This document shows, in pieces, positions 23,267 through 33,500 of a DNA stretch of 64,000 bases. The notes under the pieces are model-generated. The model saw nothing but the letters and a program-made list of their open reading frames with translations. It had not been told where the DNA came from and made no database searches. A program made the position numbers and the translations under genes. The stretch spans positions 1,364,001 through 1,428,000 of the forward strand of contig OX337239.1 of NCBI GenBank assembly GCA_946965045.2. Direction: 5' to 3'. The stretch comes from Epithemia pelagica. Lineage: Eukaryota > Protista > Bacillariophyta. Within the stretch, counting starts at the first letter, position 1. Each line of letters starts with the position of its first letter.

Positions 23267-24763
23267 ATGGCTATGCCTGCACCTCCAGCTCCTCCAACTG
23301 CACAAGAATTGCTTGATGAGTTGAATGGTTACTTGCAGAATACGTTATTGATTGGACAGCAGAATGTAAGAGATGCCTTGAATGCTCAGGGCTTGATCTC
23401 AGTTAGCGATTTCGAAGGCCTTACAGAGGAGGACATCGCTGAAATCTGCTCTAATGCAAGGAAGCCAGGTGGGACAATCAACAATCCTGCTTATGACGTG
23501 GCAAATCCAGTGGCCGGTGTACCTGCAACGATTACCAATCCAGGCGTCTTAGTTGGCCATGTAATCGAGAAAAGACTTAAGATGTTACGCTACTATGTGC
23601 ATCATCTAAAGAAGATCTCGAGGAAGTTTGACCCGGCAGCTGCACATGCTTCTTTGCAGAAGTTACAAGACCTCTATCGTTTCAAAACAAGCGAGGAGGA
23701 GTATGACAACGATATCGAGCTCCCTGAACGCTTGACCTCGGTTGATAACATCCGGACTGTGTTAGAGGATCTCGACGATTATTTCGAAAGGAAGAGAGGA
23801 TGCACAGGAATCCCTCTAGCCGCTTATACGAGGACGATCCAGGCAATCCCTGAAGTTGATGTGGACCCAGGATTTGGCACCCCAAGCATTATCAGGGAAC
23901 TGATCCGACGTGCGCCACATGCTGGCCCCACTGCTTTGACGGACAACGAGGCAGTTTGGGATGCTGTTCGACATGTAACCCACGATGGGCCGGGTTGGGG
24001 TTGGGTCCAAGCCTTCAGTAGATCCAGGAATGGCCGCCAAGCGTATTTGGCTCTCAGAAGCCACTACTTTGGCGACGCTTACCAAACAAGGTTGAGGGCT
24101 AAAGCAGATCAAATCCTCGAAACGAACTACTATGATGGTACCAAAAGAAACTTCACTTATGAAAGGTACATTGAGACTCTGCAGAGAGCATTTGCTGACT
24201 TGGAATCCACTGGAGAATTCGTCAGTCATGAAAGGAAAGTCCGTATCTTAATGACAGGAGTGCACGATCCTAGATTGGAAAGTGCCAAGAACACAATATT
24301 GGCTACTCCGGATCTGCGTGTCACTTTCGAATCGGCATCCAACTACCTTGCTGAAGTATTGGATAATAAGGTATCGTACAGTGCTACGACCCGTAAGGCA
24401 CGAATTTCAGCGGTCCATGTTAACAAGAAGAAACAGAATGGCCATGGCAATGGCAACAAAGGAAAGGGGAACGATGATTCTACAGAATTCAACCCCAACA
24501 AGTATTACCCTTTCCGCAAATGGATCAAGTTAACAAAAGAGCAACAAGCTATGGTCCGGGCAGCACGAGACTCCCAGAACAGTAGTACCAAGAAAAGGAC
24601 CGCCTCGGCTGTTAAGACAGGGAAAGGCAAGAAAAGAAAGAATGAAAGCAATTCCACCACGACGACTGAAGATTCTTCCTGCAGTGATTGTGAAGAAGAG
24701 AACAAAACCTCTGGAATCGGTGCAATCATGAGTCGTAGAAAGAAAGTAAAGGACCAAATCTGA
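23267..24763 (+). CDS. gag: Retrotransposon Gag (CoDi-type), 498 aa
   Basis: First ORF after the LTR. YLALRSHYFG..LRAKADQILETNYYDG..FTYERYIETLQRAF is typical of diatom copia capsid domains. Basic C-terminus. Confidence 0.85.
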   Translation: MAMPAPPAPPTAQELLDELNGYLQNTLLIGQQNVRDALNAQGLISVSDFEGLTEEDIAEICSNARKPGGTINNPAYDVANPVAGVPATITNPGVLVGHVIEKRLKMLRYYVHHLKKISRKFDPAAAHASLQKLQDLYRFKTSEEEYDNDIELPERLTSVDNIRTVLEDLDDYFERKRGCTGIPLAAYTRTIQAIPEVDVDPGFGTPSIIRELIRRAPHAGPTALTDNEAVWDAVRHVTHDGPGWGWVQAFSRSRNGRQAYLALRSHYFGDAYQTRLRAKADQILETNYYDGTKRNFTYERYIETLQRAFADLESTGEFVSHERKVRILMTGVHDPRLESAKNTILATPDLRVTFESASNYLAEVLDNKVSYSATTRKARISAVHVNKKKQNGHGNGNKGKGNDDSTEFNPNKYYPFRKWIKLTKEQQAMVRAARDSQNSSTKKRTASAVKTGKGKKRKNESNSTTTTEDSSCSDCEEENKTSGIGAIMSRRKKVKDQI

Positions 24764-24775
24764 CGGTCCATCAGC

Positions 24776-27700
24776 ATGCTCTCCAAAGACCTGGAAGTAG
24801 CAACATCCACCTGTGAGCTCGACAGTCATGCCGACACGTGTTGTCTTGGCAGTATCTGTTTAAAACTCTACGAGACGGACAAGGCAGAAGTGAGCGGCTT
24901 CACCAACACGCTCGGCAGTATCAAAGAAACCCCAATCATCACAGGGGTAGTTGCATACGATGATCCTGTTTCAGGAGAAACGTACCTTCTGTACTTTCAC
25001 CAGTCATTGCATCTTCCCATGATGGACAAATGCCTTCTCAACCCTAATCAAATGAGGGATGCAGGCATCGTGGTGAATGATGTTCCTTTGAAGTACTTGA
25101 AAGAGGAACAAAGAGAAGCAACTTCTCATTCAATTGTTGCTCCAATAGACGGACAAAGCGAGAACCTCATTATTCCCTTCAATCTTGTGGGAGTCATGAG
25201 TAGTTTCACCGTAAGGAAACCAACATGGGACGAGATAAAAGAAGTCGATCCGTCCAATAGAATCCACATGACGAATGAAAACCCAGAATGGAGTCCGAAT
25301 GACTCAACAGATGATGTTGATGAAAGTAAACTCCGGATTGACTTGGGTAGTAATTCGATCAGAAAGAAAGAACCAAGAAATTTACACCAACGAATGGCAC
25401 GGATGGTCCGTGTGAATACAAGGACGATAGCTGACATCCGTCATCGTCGAAAGGGGACCATTGACCCCATAACTCTGTCAACAAGATGGGGAATAGGAAT
25501 CCCAACAGCTGAAAAGACTTGTGCTGCGACGACTCAATTGGGGATCCGTGACTTCTCAGAGTCAATTGGCAGCAGAAGGTTGAAACATACCTCGTATCAA
25601 CTCAAGCACAGGAGGCTAAGAGCAGATGTTTACACCGACACTCTCTTTTCGGACATAAAGTCCCTCGGCCAGAATACCTGTGGGCAGATTTATGCCACCG
25701 AATTTGGCTGGGTACAATTTTACCCAATGCAAAAGAAGAAAGATGCTCATCGTACGTTGGAACAAGTCTTTAATGACTTTGGAGTTTTCAACAGTGTCAT
25801 CCCCGACAATGCGCCGGAGTTGACCAGTGGTACGTTTCGGAAGACCGCCCATAAGTTTGGTTGTCGCATAAGGCCCATAGAGGCATGGACACCAAATCAA
25901 AATTTAGCGGAGGCCAACATCAGAGAATTAAAGCGCATGTACAGGCGAGAAATGAGGAGAACAAATTGCCCTGGAGTTCTTTGGGACCATTGTCTCGAAC
26001 TAATGGCACGGAGAAGGTCGCACACTGTGTTGACATCCAGTCCGTATGATGAAGGCCCACCAATGAAGGTCCTGACTGGTGACACACCAGACATTTCGCA
26101 TTTAGTGGAGCATCGATGGTATGACCCCGTTTGGTATTCGAATCCCGGATTCGAAGGCAGGAAACTGGGAAGATGGTTAGGCCCGAGCCACAGTGTAGGG
26201 CAAGCCATGAGTTCAAAAATACTCACCGCAAAAGGGAAGATCGTGCACAGAACATCTGTCTGGCCGTTGTCCATAGAAAAATCACATGATGAGACATTCG
26301 CAGCTCAGAAGGACCAGTTTGACGACTCCCTAAGAGAGGCACTGGGAGCACGAATGGAAGGTCTACCACCAGATGAAGACGACGACCCAGATGAATATGA
26401 CACCACAACTCCGCATTATGAACCCTATGAAGACGACGAGCAAGGGGACGTTAGAAAGCCCGAGATGGATGAGCACAAGGTGGACTCATATGACAAGTTG
26501 ATTTCTGCCAAGGTAATGCTTCCACTCGGTGATTCCCTGAGGGCCGGTCAAGTTAAAAGGAGAAAGCGGGATGCGAGTGGTAATTTGGTTGGTCGTGCAT
26601 CCACGAATCCTTACCTCGATACCTCCATGTATGAGGTAGAATTCCAAGATGGGCATGTAGAGGCTTATGCAGCCAATATCATTGCCGAGAACATATACGA
26701 ACAATTAGACGACGAGGGCAATCGTTATCGTCTCATTGATCAAATAATTGATCATAAGAAAGATGCTCGTGCAATCCCCTTGTCGGACAGCACAATCACT
26801 TTAAATGGGCGCGAACACAAGAAAAGAACGACAAGAGGATGGTCGCTCTGTGTTCAATGGCGCGATGGCTCAACAAGTTGGGAACTCTTGAAGGACCTAA
26901 AGGAATCAAACCCTCTTGAGGTCGCAGAGTATGCGGTTGCCAATATGATCGACAAAGAACCCGCTTTTGCATGGTGGGTCGGGTTCACATTGAAAAGAAG
27001 AGACCGACTCATTAAAGCTGCCAAAACAACAAGGTACATGAGAAAATGGCAAAAGTATGGGATAGAAATCCCGAAGACGGTCGAGAGAGCATTGCAAATC
27101 GATAAGGAGACAGGTACTGACTTTTGGGCGAAAGCACTCCGTCTCGAAATGTCGAAGATAGTACCAGCAGTGAAGATCTTGGACGAGGGAGTCCCACATC
27201 CCGTGGGTCATCAGATCATTCCATGTCACATCGTTTTTGATGTTAAAATGGACTTCACCAGGAAGGCCAGGTTCGTCGCAGGAGGCCATAAGACTCAGGA
27301 ACCTGAGACCCCAACTTATGCGAGCGTTGTGTCAAGGGAAAGCGTCAGAATTGGCTTCCTCTTAGCCGCTCTGAATGGTATTGACGTGATTGCTGCAGAC
27401 ATCGCTGGAGCTTACTTGAATGCTCCATGCCATGAAAGGATTTGCATGAAATGTGGATTAGAGTTTGGCAAAGAATTTGAAGGCCGTTTTGCCATCATTA
27501 CCAAAGCATTATATGGCTTAAAAACGAGCGCATTCGCCTGGAGAGAACACCTGTCCACAACGTTGCAGGAGTCACTTGGGTTTCAAGCCTGTAGGGCAGA
27601 CCCCGACGTCTACATGCGTCCGTCAACAAAATCGGATGGTACAAAGTATTATGAACTGGTATTCATATACATTGATGATGTACTCATGATTTCGAACCAA

Positions 27701-28747
27701 GGGAAAGAGATCTTGAACATGTTGGATCAGCATTATTTGCTGAAACCTGATTCGGTCGGCCCTCCTAAAATATATCTCGGCAACCAGGTGGAGACGTTTG
27801 ACATCGACAACGATAGTTCGAAGCGTTGTTGGGCTTTAAGCTCCAGGAGATACGCCAAAGAAGCGATCAGGAATGTTCAAACATGGATGGATGGTCGAGG
27901 GATGCAACTCAAGACGAGGACATCCGGCGTCTTACCTTCTAATTATCGTCCAGAATTGGACACGAGTTCCTACTGTGACCCTGATTGGATGAACTTCTAT
28001 CAGCAACAGATCGGTGTTTTAAGATGGTTAGTTGAGCTCGGCCGTATAGACATCACGGCGGAAGTATCAATGCTGGCAGCGTTCTTGGCTGCACCAAGAG
28101 AAGGTCATGTGCACGCTATGCTACATATATTCGCGTACATCAATACACACGATCGGTCAAGGTTGGTACTGGACCCAGAGTACATCACTCATGGGGAAGA
28201 ACCTTCAGCGGATTGGACAGGGTTTTATCCAGACTCTAAAGAGGAGATTCCCCCTGATGCACCAGAACCGCTCGGCAAGGCAGTACAAATGACCGCTTTC
28301 GTCGATTCAGATCATGCTGGCGATTTAGTCACAAGGAGATCAAGAACAGGAGTGTTGATCTTCTTGAACAGAGCTCCCATCAATTGGTACAGTAAAAAGC
28401 AGACGAGCGTAGAAACATCTACATTTGGGTCTGAGTTCATGGCCTTGAAAGTTGGTGTGGAGATGATTAAAGGACTCCGATACAAATTAAGGATGATGGG
28501 TGTCCCATTGGAGGGGCATACCCATATCAGAGTCGACAACATGTCAGTTGTCCAGAACAGTTCAAGGCCCGAGTCAGTACTGCGAAAGAAGTCCAATGCG
28601 ATAGCATATCATTTTGTTCGTGAGAATGTGGCGAATGGTACTTGTCGTATTGCTTATGAACCTTCTCGTACTAACCTTGCAGATCTTTTAACCAAGATTC
28701 AGACAGGAACGGAAAGGACTCGTTTGGCATCAATGATATTGTTCTAA
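24776..28747 (+). CDS. pol: Retrotransposon Pol (protease-integrase-RT-RNase H), 1323 aa, in frame with gag
   Basis: Protease ELDSHADT. Integrase YTDTLF..IPDNAPE..NLAEANI. RT YLNAP..KALYGLKTSAFAW..YIDD. RNase H FVDSDHAGD..RRSRTG. Confidence 0.95.
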   Translation: MLSKDLEVATSTCELDSHADTCCLGSICLKLYETDKAEVSGFTNTLGSIKETPIITGVVAYDDPVSGETYLLYFHQSLHLPMMDKCLLNPNQMRDAGIVVNDVPLKYLKEEQREATSHSIVAPIDGQSENLIIPFNLVGVMSSFTVRKPTWDEIKEVDPSNRIHMTNENPEWSPNDSTDDVDESKLRIDLGSNSIRKKEPRNLHQRMARMVRVNTRTIADIRHRRKGTIDPITLSTRWGIGIPTAEKTCAATTQLGIRDFSESIGSRRLKHTSYQLKHRRLRADVYTDTLFSDIKSLGQNTCGQIYATEFGWVQFYPMQKKKDAHRTLEQVFNDFGVFNSVIPDNAPELTSGTFRKTAHKFGCRIRPIEAWTPNQNLAEANIRELKRMYRREMRRTNCPGVLWDHCLELMARRRSHTVLTSSPYDEGPPMKVLTGDTPDISHLVEHRWYDPVWYSNPGFEGRKLGRWLGPSHSVGQAMSSKILTAKGKIVHRTSVWPLSIEKSHDETFAAQKDQFDDSLREALGARMEGLPPDEDDDPDEYDTTTPHYEPYEDDEQGDVRKPEMDEHKVDSYDKLISAKVMLPLGDSLRAGQVKRRKRDASGNLVGRASTNPYLDTSMYEVEFQDGHVEAYAANIIAENIYEQLDDEGNRYRLIDQIIDHKKDARAIPLSDSTITLNGREHKKRTTRGWSLCVQWRDGSTSWELLKDLKESNPLEVAEYAVANMIDKEPAFAWWVGFTLKRRDRLIKAAKTTRYMRKWQKYGIEIPKTVERALQIDKETGTDFWAKALRLEMSKIVPAVKILDEGVPHPVGHQIIPCHIVFDVKMDFTRKARFVAGGHKTQEPETPTYASVVSRESVRIGFLLAALNGIDVIAADIAGAYLNAPCHERICMKCGLEFGKEFEGRFAIITKALYGLKTSAFAWREHLSTTLQESLGFQACRADPDVYMRPSTKSDGTKYYELVFIYIDDVLMISNQGKEILNMLDQHYLLKPDSVGPPKIYLGNQVETFDIDNDSSKRCWALSSRRYAKEAIRNVQTWMDGRGMQLKTRTSGVLPSNYRPELDTSSYCDPDWMNFYQQQIGVLRWLVELGRIDITAEVSMLAAFLAAPREGHVHAMLHIFAYINTHDRSRLVLDPEYITHGEEPSADWTGFYPDSKEEIPPDAPEPLGKAVQMTAFVDSDHAGDLVTRRSRTGVLIFLNRAPINWYSKKQTSVETSTFGSEFMALKVGVEMIKGLRYKLRMMGVPLEGHTHIRVDNMSVVQNSSRPESVLRKKSNAIAYHFVRENVANGTCRIAYEPSRTNLADLLTKIQTGTERTRLASMILF

Positions 28748-28883
28748 GTGCGTTTCCCGCCGACGTGTCGGGTTTGGGTACGTCCTGCACTCATTGTGAA
28801 TGGGCTTTAAGCAGGTTATGAAGGAATGGAATGGTGAAATTGGGTATAGAGACACGATTACCCTAGCAAATAGCCAGTAAATC

Positions 28884-28893
28884 GCGAGGGGAC
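28884..28893 (+). promoter_or_regulatory. Polypurine tract
   Basis: GCGAGGGGAC lies immediately upstream of the 3' LTR. Confidence 0.55.
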
Positions 28894-29014
28894 CAAGAAA
28901 TGGTCGCGGTATTGTCGCGAGAATGGGCGAGATTTTAGCGAGACATAGTCCTCTAGGTTAGAGGCTCCTAATAGTCACTCTTTTGATTTTGAGACACTAT
29001 CATGACCGTAATTT
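28894..29014 (+). repeat. 3' LTR (121 bp)
   Basis: Identical to 22723-22843 and followed by the GAATG TSD. Confidence 0.92.
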
Positions 29015-29696
29015 GAATGTACATGGATTTGGTAGGAGTAATGCGGTCCATAAACAGAAACGAGTCCCTACAAGACTGATACAGGTGAAAACAGAATGAT
29101 TTGGCCGCTGAAAGTGTCAAGCTTTTCGAACAAAATGTCCTGAACTCGGATGCAATGGCCGGTGTTCTACTTCCCAACCAGAAATCTGTCCCTAGCATCG
29201 GACTCACTTCGAGTATGGCAACTAATGGTTATAATTCAACGGCATTCGGTACTGTCAGATGCTACTGAAACGTGAGTCATGAGGGGAGCATTGGCGACGG
29301 GCTCGCTCGATCATTGCCAATGATTGGGCCCCGGAGGCTACCTGCAATGGGCAACGAGATACGGGTAAGGGAGTTGATCGTGGTTTCCTTGCATGCATTT
29401 TAATTCGCCCCCAAAATGATAAGCCCAGTAGCCAAAGGAGCTCACAAACTTAAAAGGCGATTATGTTCATTATCTTAGCTACGAGTAGGGGATTCGAATC
29501 TCGTAGGGGTAGCGCAAAAAGAGCAGCACAGCTTGGGGCAGTTTTCGCACCCAAACAGATTGCAACAAAACCCGTCTACAGTGGTAACTGGTAACTGGTA
29601 AGGCCAATCCTTTAGCTCGCAAAACCAAATCGAGATTGCGTGCACGTCAGCATTTTGCGTCACGATTACGTCATATATCCGGGTAAAACAGCATTT

Positions 29697-30034
29697 CTGG
29701 ATTTGTTCGAACCAATCCAGGACCCCGGATTGGTTCGGGAAATTCATTAGGGATAGTGTTTTACTCATGCTAGTGTAGAGGCCAGCCTACAGTTTCGAAT
29801 ATGTTGGGCGGGCGTTCGACATGATGGGCGGGCGTTCGACTCTAACGGTATTCTCGCTTCCTTAGTACCCACTAGTTTTAGTATTCAATTTTTCTAAGTG
29901 AAGAGTGGGGGAGGATGGGGGTCAGGATGGGGGACAGGTGCGGTCTTTTGGATTTGTTTTGCGAATGCGTAAGGACGGCGTTTAGGCACATTTTCCAAAA
30001 CCAAATCCGGCCCGGCCAGCACGGATTGGTTTTG
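29697..30034. repeat. Degenerate MITE-like/hairpin-rich segment sharing a ~100-bp G-rich core with the 8827-9267 MITE
   Basis: 29876-29975 aligns with 9103-9200. Hairpins at 29709-29736 and 29996-30034 are built from GGATTGGTT motifs. A 16-bp direct repeat lies at 29805/29825. Confidence 0.55.
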
Positions 30035-30590
30035 TTGAGCTAAAGGAATGGCCTAACTGGTTGAGTAAGACAACATCTAACATTGTACCACATTCCAAAA
30101 AGACAACTCATCAGAACACACAAAACACTCACAAACGCATTCCACAACTTCTTGAATTGTGTCATTCGGCACGGCAGGTTTCAATTTCGAAGGAAGTTGA
30201 TGGCTTCTCTCCCATTACTCAACAAACAAATCAAACCAAGTCCGTCCCGTAGTTCGATGCATTGAAAGGAACTACTACTAAAGTGGTAGGTTTCAATGGA
30301 TCGATTTGTTTGAGGGGCCCAGAAGTTTCCCCCGTGGTAGTGCTGTTTGGAACGGCCCAACCAACCATACGCCCCAGCTATGGAAAACGCATGGGAACCT
30401 CTTTATCTCACACTTTTTCCTCCTGTGCTTTCTCTCACTTCTTCATTGGAATGATCCCGCCATTGGATACATTTTCGTTGTCTTCCATCGTTGTCTACCT
30501 TTGACGCACCATGACAACAGTTCGTAGCTTGGACTGACTGCAACAAGACTCGAGAATTTTCTTTTTTAAATCGTGGAAGTCACCTTCAAC

Positions 30591-33500
30591 ATGTCAGGTT
30601 CGGCCACGACCATGGTATCTCCTTCGTTTTCCCATCACCAACACCAGCAGCAACATGCAGCACTAGGGCATTCTCCGGTACAACAACAGGCACCACCACA
30701 ATTTCCGTATCACCCAGAAGCTGGTACTCGAACAGAGGGAATGATGACGCACAGTTCTTCTTTGCCATACCTTCCCCCGCCTCAGTCATCAGGATCTGCA
30801 CTTGCACAATCCCATCAAACACAGTCTCCTTCTTCTTCTTCTTCTTTCATGGCAACATCGTCGCACCTGCAACCAATGCCCTATACAGCTGCTACCACTC
30901 CTACCCCTTCAGGTTCCGGTGCGCCCTATGTACTTGGAGGACGAATTCCCAACGTAGTTTCCCAGAGCAGCCCATCCCCTCCTCCCATGATGTCTTCGTC
31001 GTCCTTCTCTGTGCAAGAAAATCAAAATCCTCCACCTGTTGTTCCCCATGATGGACTAGATCAACACAATGAACCAGAAGAGCCCTCTGATTGCATTACC
31101 CGTTTAAGGGAACACGATGTCCTCATGGGGAGAGGTGGAGGGACTAACAACTACATTGGTAATGTCAAATTTCGCAAGTTGGTGCAGCAACACAAGTTAC
31201 GATACCTGGCATGCCCGAAAGTGGATAAACCCAAGGTAGCCAAGGAGGTGGTTTACATTTGGCGCCATCAGCAGAACCCACCCGGCCGGTTTTTGGCCCG
31301 CAAGGAAGAGGATAACAGCGAAGAAGGCGATGACACGGAAGAGAGTGGAAGCGGAAGTGCAGCACATGAATTGGTAGAAGCTGTGGTGGCGGACGACAAG
31401 GACAAGAAGGGTGGCAAAATGACCAAGAAGAGCAAGTCTAGCAAGACGGCCACAAGCGATCCTACTTTGGTAACCACGTCCAGGACAGGGATGGGGCGTG
31501 TTCTTTGGTACGATGTTGGAGACAAGAAAGCTAATGCCAAGGCTTCGCAGTGTTTGCGTGAGCGAACACCGGATGTTGTACCCTATTTGCAACAACTGCG
31601 ACACGAGCAAGATCGTACCACTGAACAGGGAATGATGCGGATCCGACAACATCAACAGCAGCAAGAAAACGAACAGCGTGCTTTTCAGCAGCAGCAGCAG
31701 CAGAAACATAATCACGGGATTGCAGGACCTTTCCTTCAACACTCAGGGGCCAGCAAACAAGAAATGCAATCGTTTCCAAACGGAGGAGGATCCGCCCCCT
31801 CACGTCCTCCACCTCACTCTTTGCAATCCATGATGACTGTGCAATACAACATGCATGGCACCTATTCTCCTTCTACGACAACCCATGATTCAAGAGGAAG
31901 AATGACCATGCGCGATCCACAGAATCAACGACAACCACAGCCATCTCATGGTCTAGGTCCCAGTCAGCCACATTCATCGTCATCATCCATGGGAATTCAT
32001 CCCAGTCTTCTCTCTTCTGAAGCCCGATCGCCTCCTGCAGTTCCGTATGGTTCGAGTACTCCCTCGAATCACCACCATCAGCAGCAACTCCATACATCCT
32101 ATCATGGACCTGACATGTATCACCAAGGACCCCAGGGACGGCATTCTTTTCCACATACTAATACTCAGTTCCGTGGTAGTAGTGAGAATATGATGACTGC
32201 ATCGGGAGATGGAGGCAACGGATATATGCCCGTCTTGAATGGTGATGCTTCCAGCAGCGGACCACCAATGCCTTCAGGAATGTCATATCCCCCTTCTCTC
32301 AACCGACAAGACGATATGTATTTGGATGGTCACACCGGTAGCAGAACTGTCGGTCACAGCCATTCCTCTTCAACCTTGGAAGATGGTGGTGCTCCCCGAA
32401 GTATGCCACATCATCACCGCCATCACCACTCTCCCCATCCTCACCCATCCCACAGTAACATGACCGAAGTGGAGTACCAGCAGCGTTTGTTGATTCTGGA
32501 ACAGCAGCGGCAATTGCAAGAACAGCAAGCTCAGTTGCAGCGCATGCAAGAAGAACAACGCATGAGACAAGATTATCTACAACCAACGCCTGGAAATATG
32601 TCGAGAAATTCCAATGTTGGGAAGAAGGAAGATGAGAACCTAGGAGAGTTCTCGAGACGGGTTCAACCAGAATTGAACAAAGTAACTGGAGAAGCAACAG
32701 CAAGACGGAGAGCATCGGCCACCAACAACTCAAGACAGGGAAGCAATCTTCTTCCCAAAGTTGATTCGCCGGTAGGAGAGACTACATCTACTATACAGGT
32801 TGTGTCTCCTCCGCATAGTTTTCCTCAGCAAGCTCGTCACAAAGATTCTAGTGGCCACAGCAGCGGTACGCCACCCTCATCATCACCTCCACCTCCCATG
32901 GATGCGTACCACTCTCAAGCACCAGCAGCGACGAAAGAACAAGGAGTCGATCAGCTTGATCCAAGTTACGGTAACATGACAGGTGTTGTGTCCAGGTCCA
33001 CGTCATCTTCAGTGTCTTCTTCGTCGTCTTCTCTGGTATCTCCCATGCGTCGTATGCGTGGGAGCGGCAATGCTCGGTCACTCCTGAGTCGCCATCCTGG
33101 AATCATGTCGCCTAACGCTCAAATTAGTGAGCCACCGGACGTCCAACGCCGTGCGGATTTACTCAAGGTTGTGCTGGACACTTCAAAAGCGAAGGAACCT
33201 GAACCAGCCGGCAACCACCAAGGTCCTGAAGAAGCAAATGGCGAACCACAGCATGTGGGCATTGGTAACGAAAGGAACGGAAACCACGAAAATGAGATTC
33301 TGGTAAAGAAGCAACGCAAATCGTCGAGTACACCTCATTGTGACAAGACTACGCCGTCCTCTGCTGCGACACTCTTTCAGAACAAGTCGTTGCTTCATTC
33401 CCAGCAACAAGAGCAACAGGATGCCAAGGCTCTGTTCCGGAAGCGACCGATTCGTTCGGCAATGGTAACCACACACAAACATGGAGTTGAGAACAACGAC

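Larger units (their letters stand above)
22723..29014 (+). mobile_element. Full-length Ty1/copia LTR retrotransposon (diatom CoDi-type)
   Basis: Identical LTRs and a GAATG target-site duplication (22718-22722 and 29015-29019). gag then pol with PR-IN-RT-RH order. Polypurine tract before the 3' LTR. Confidence 0.95.
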
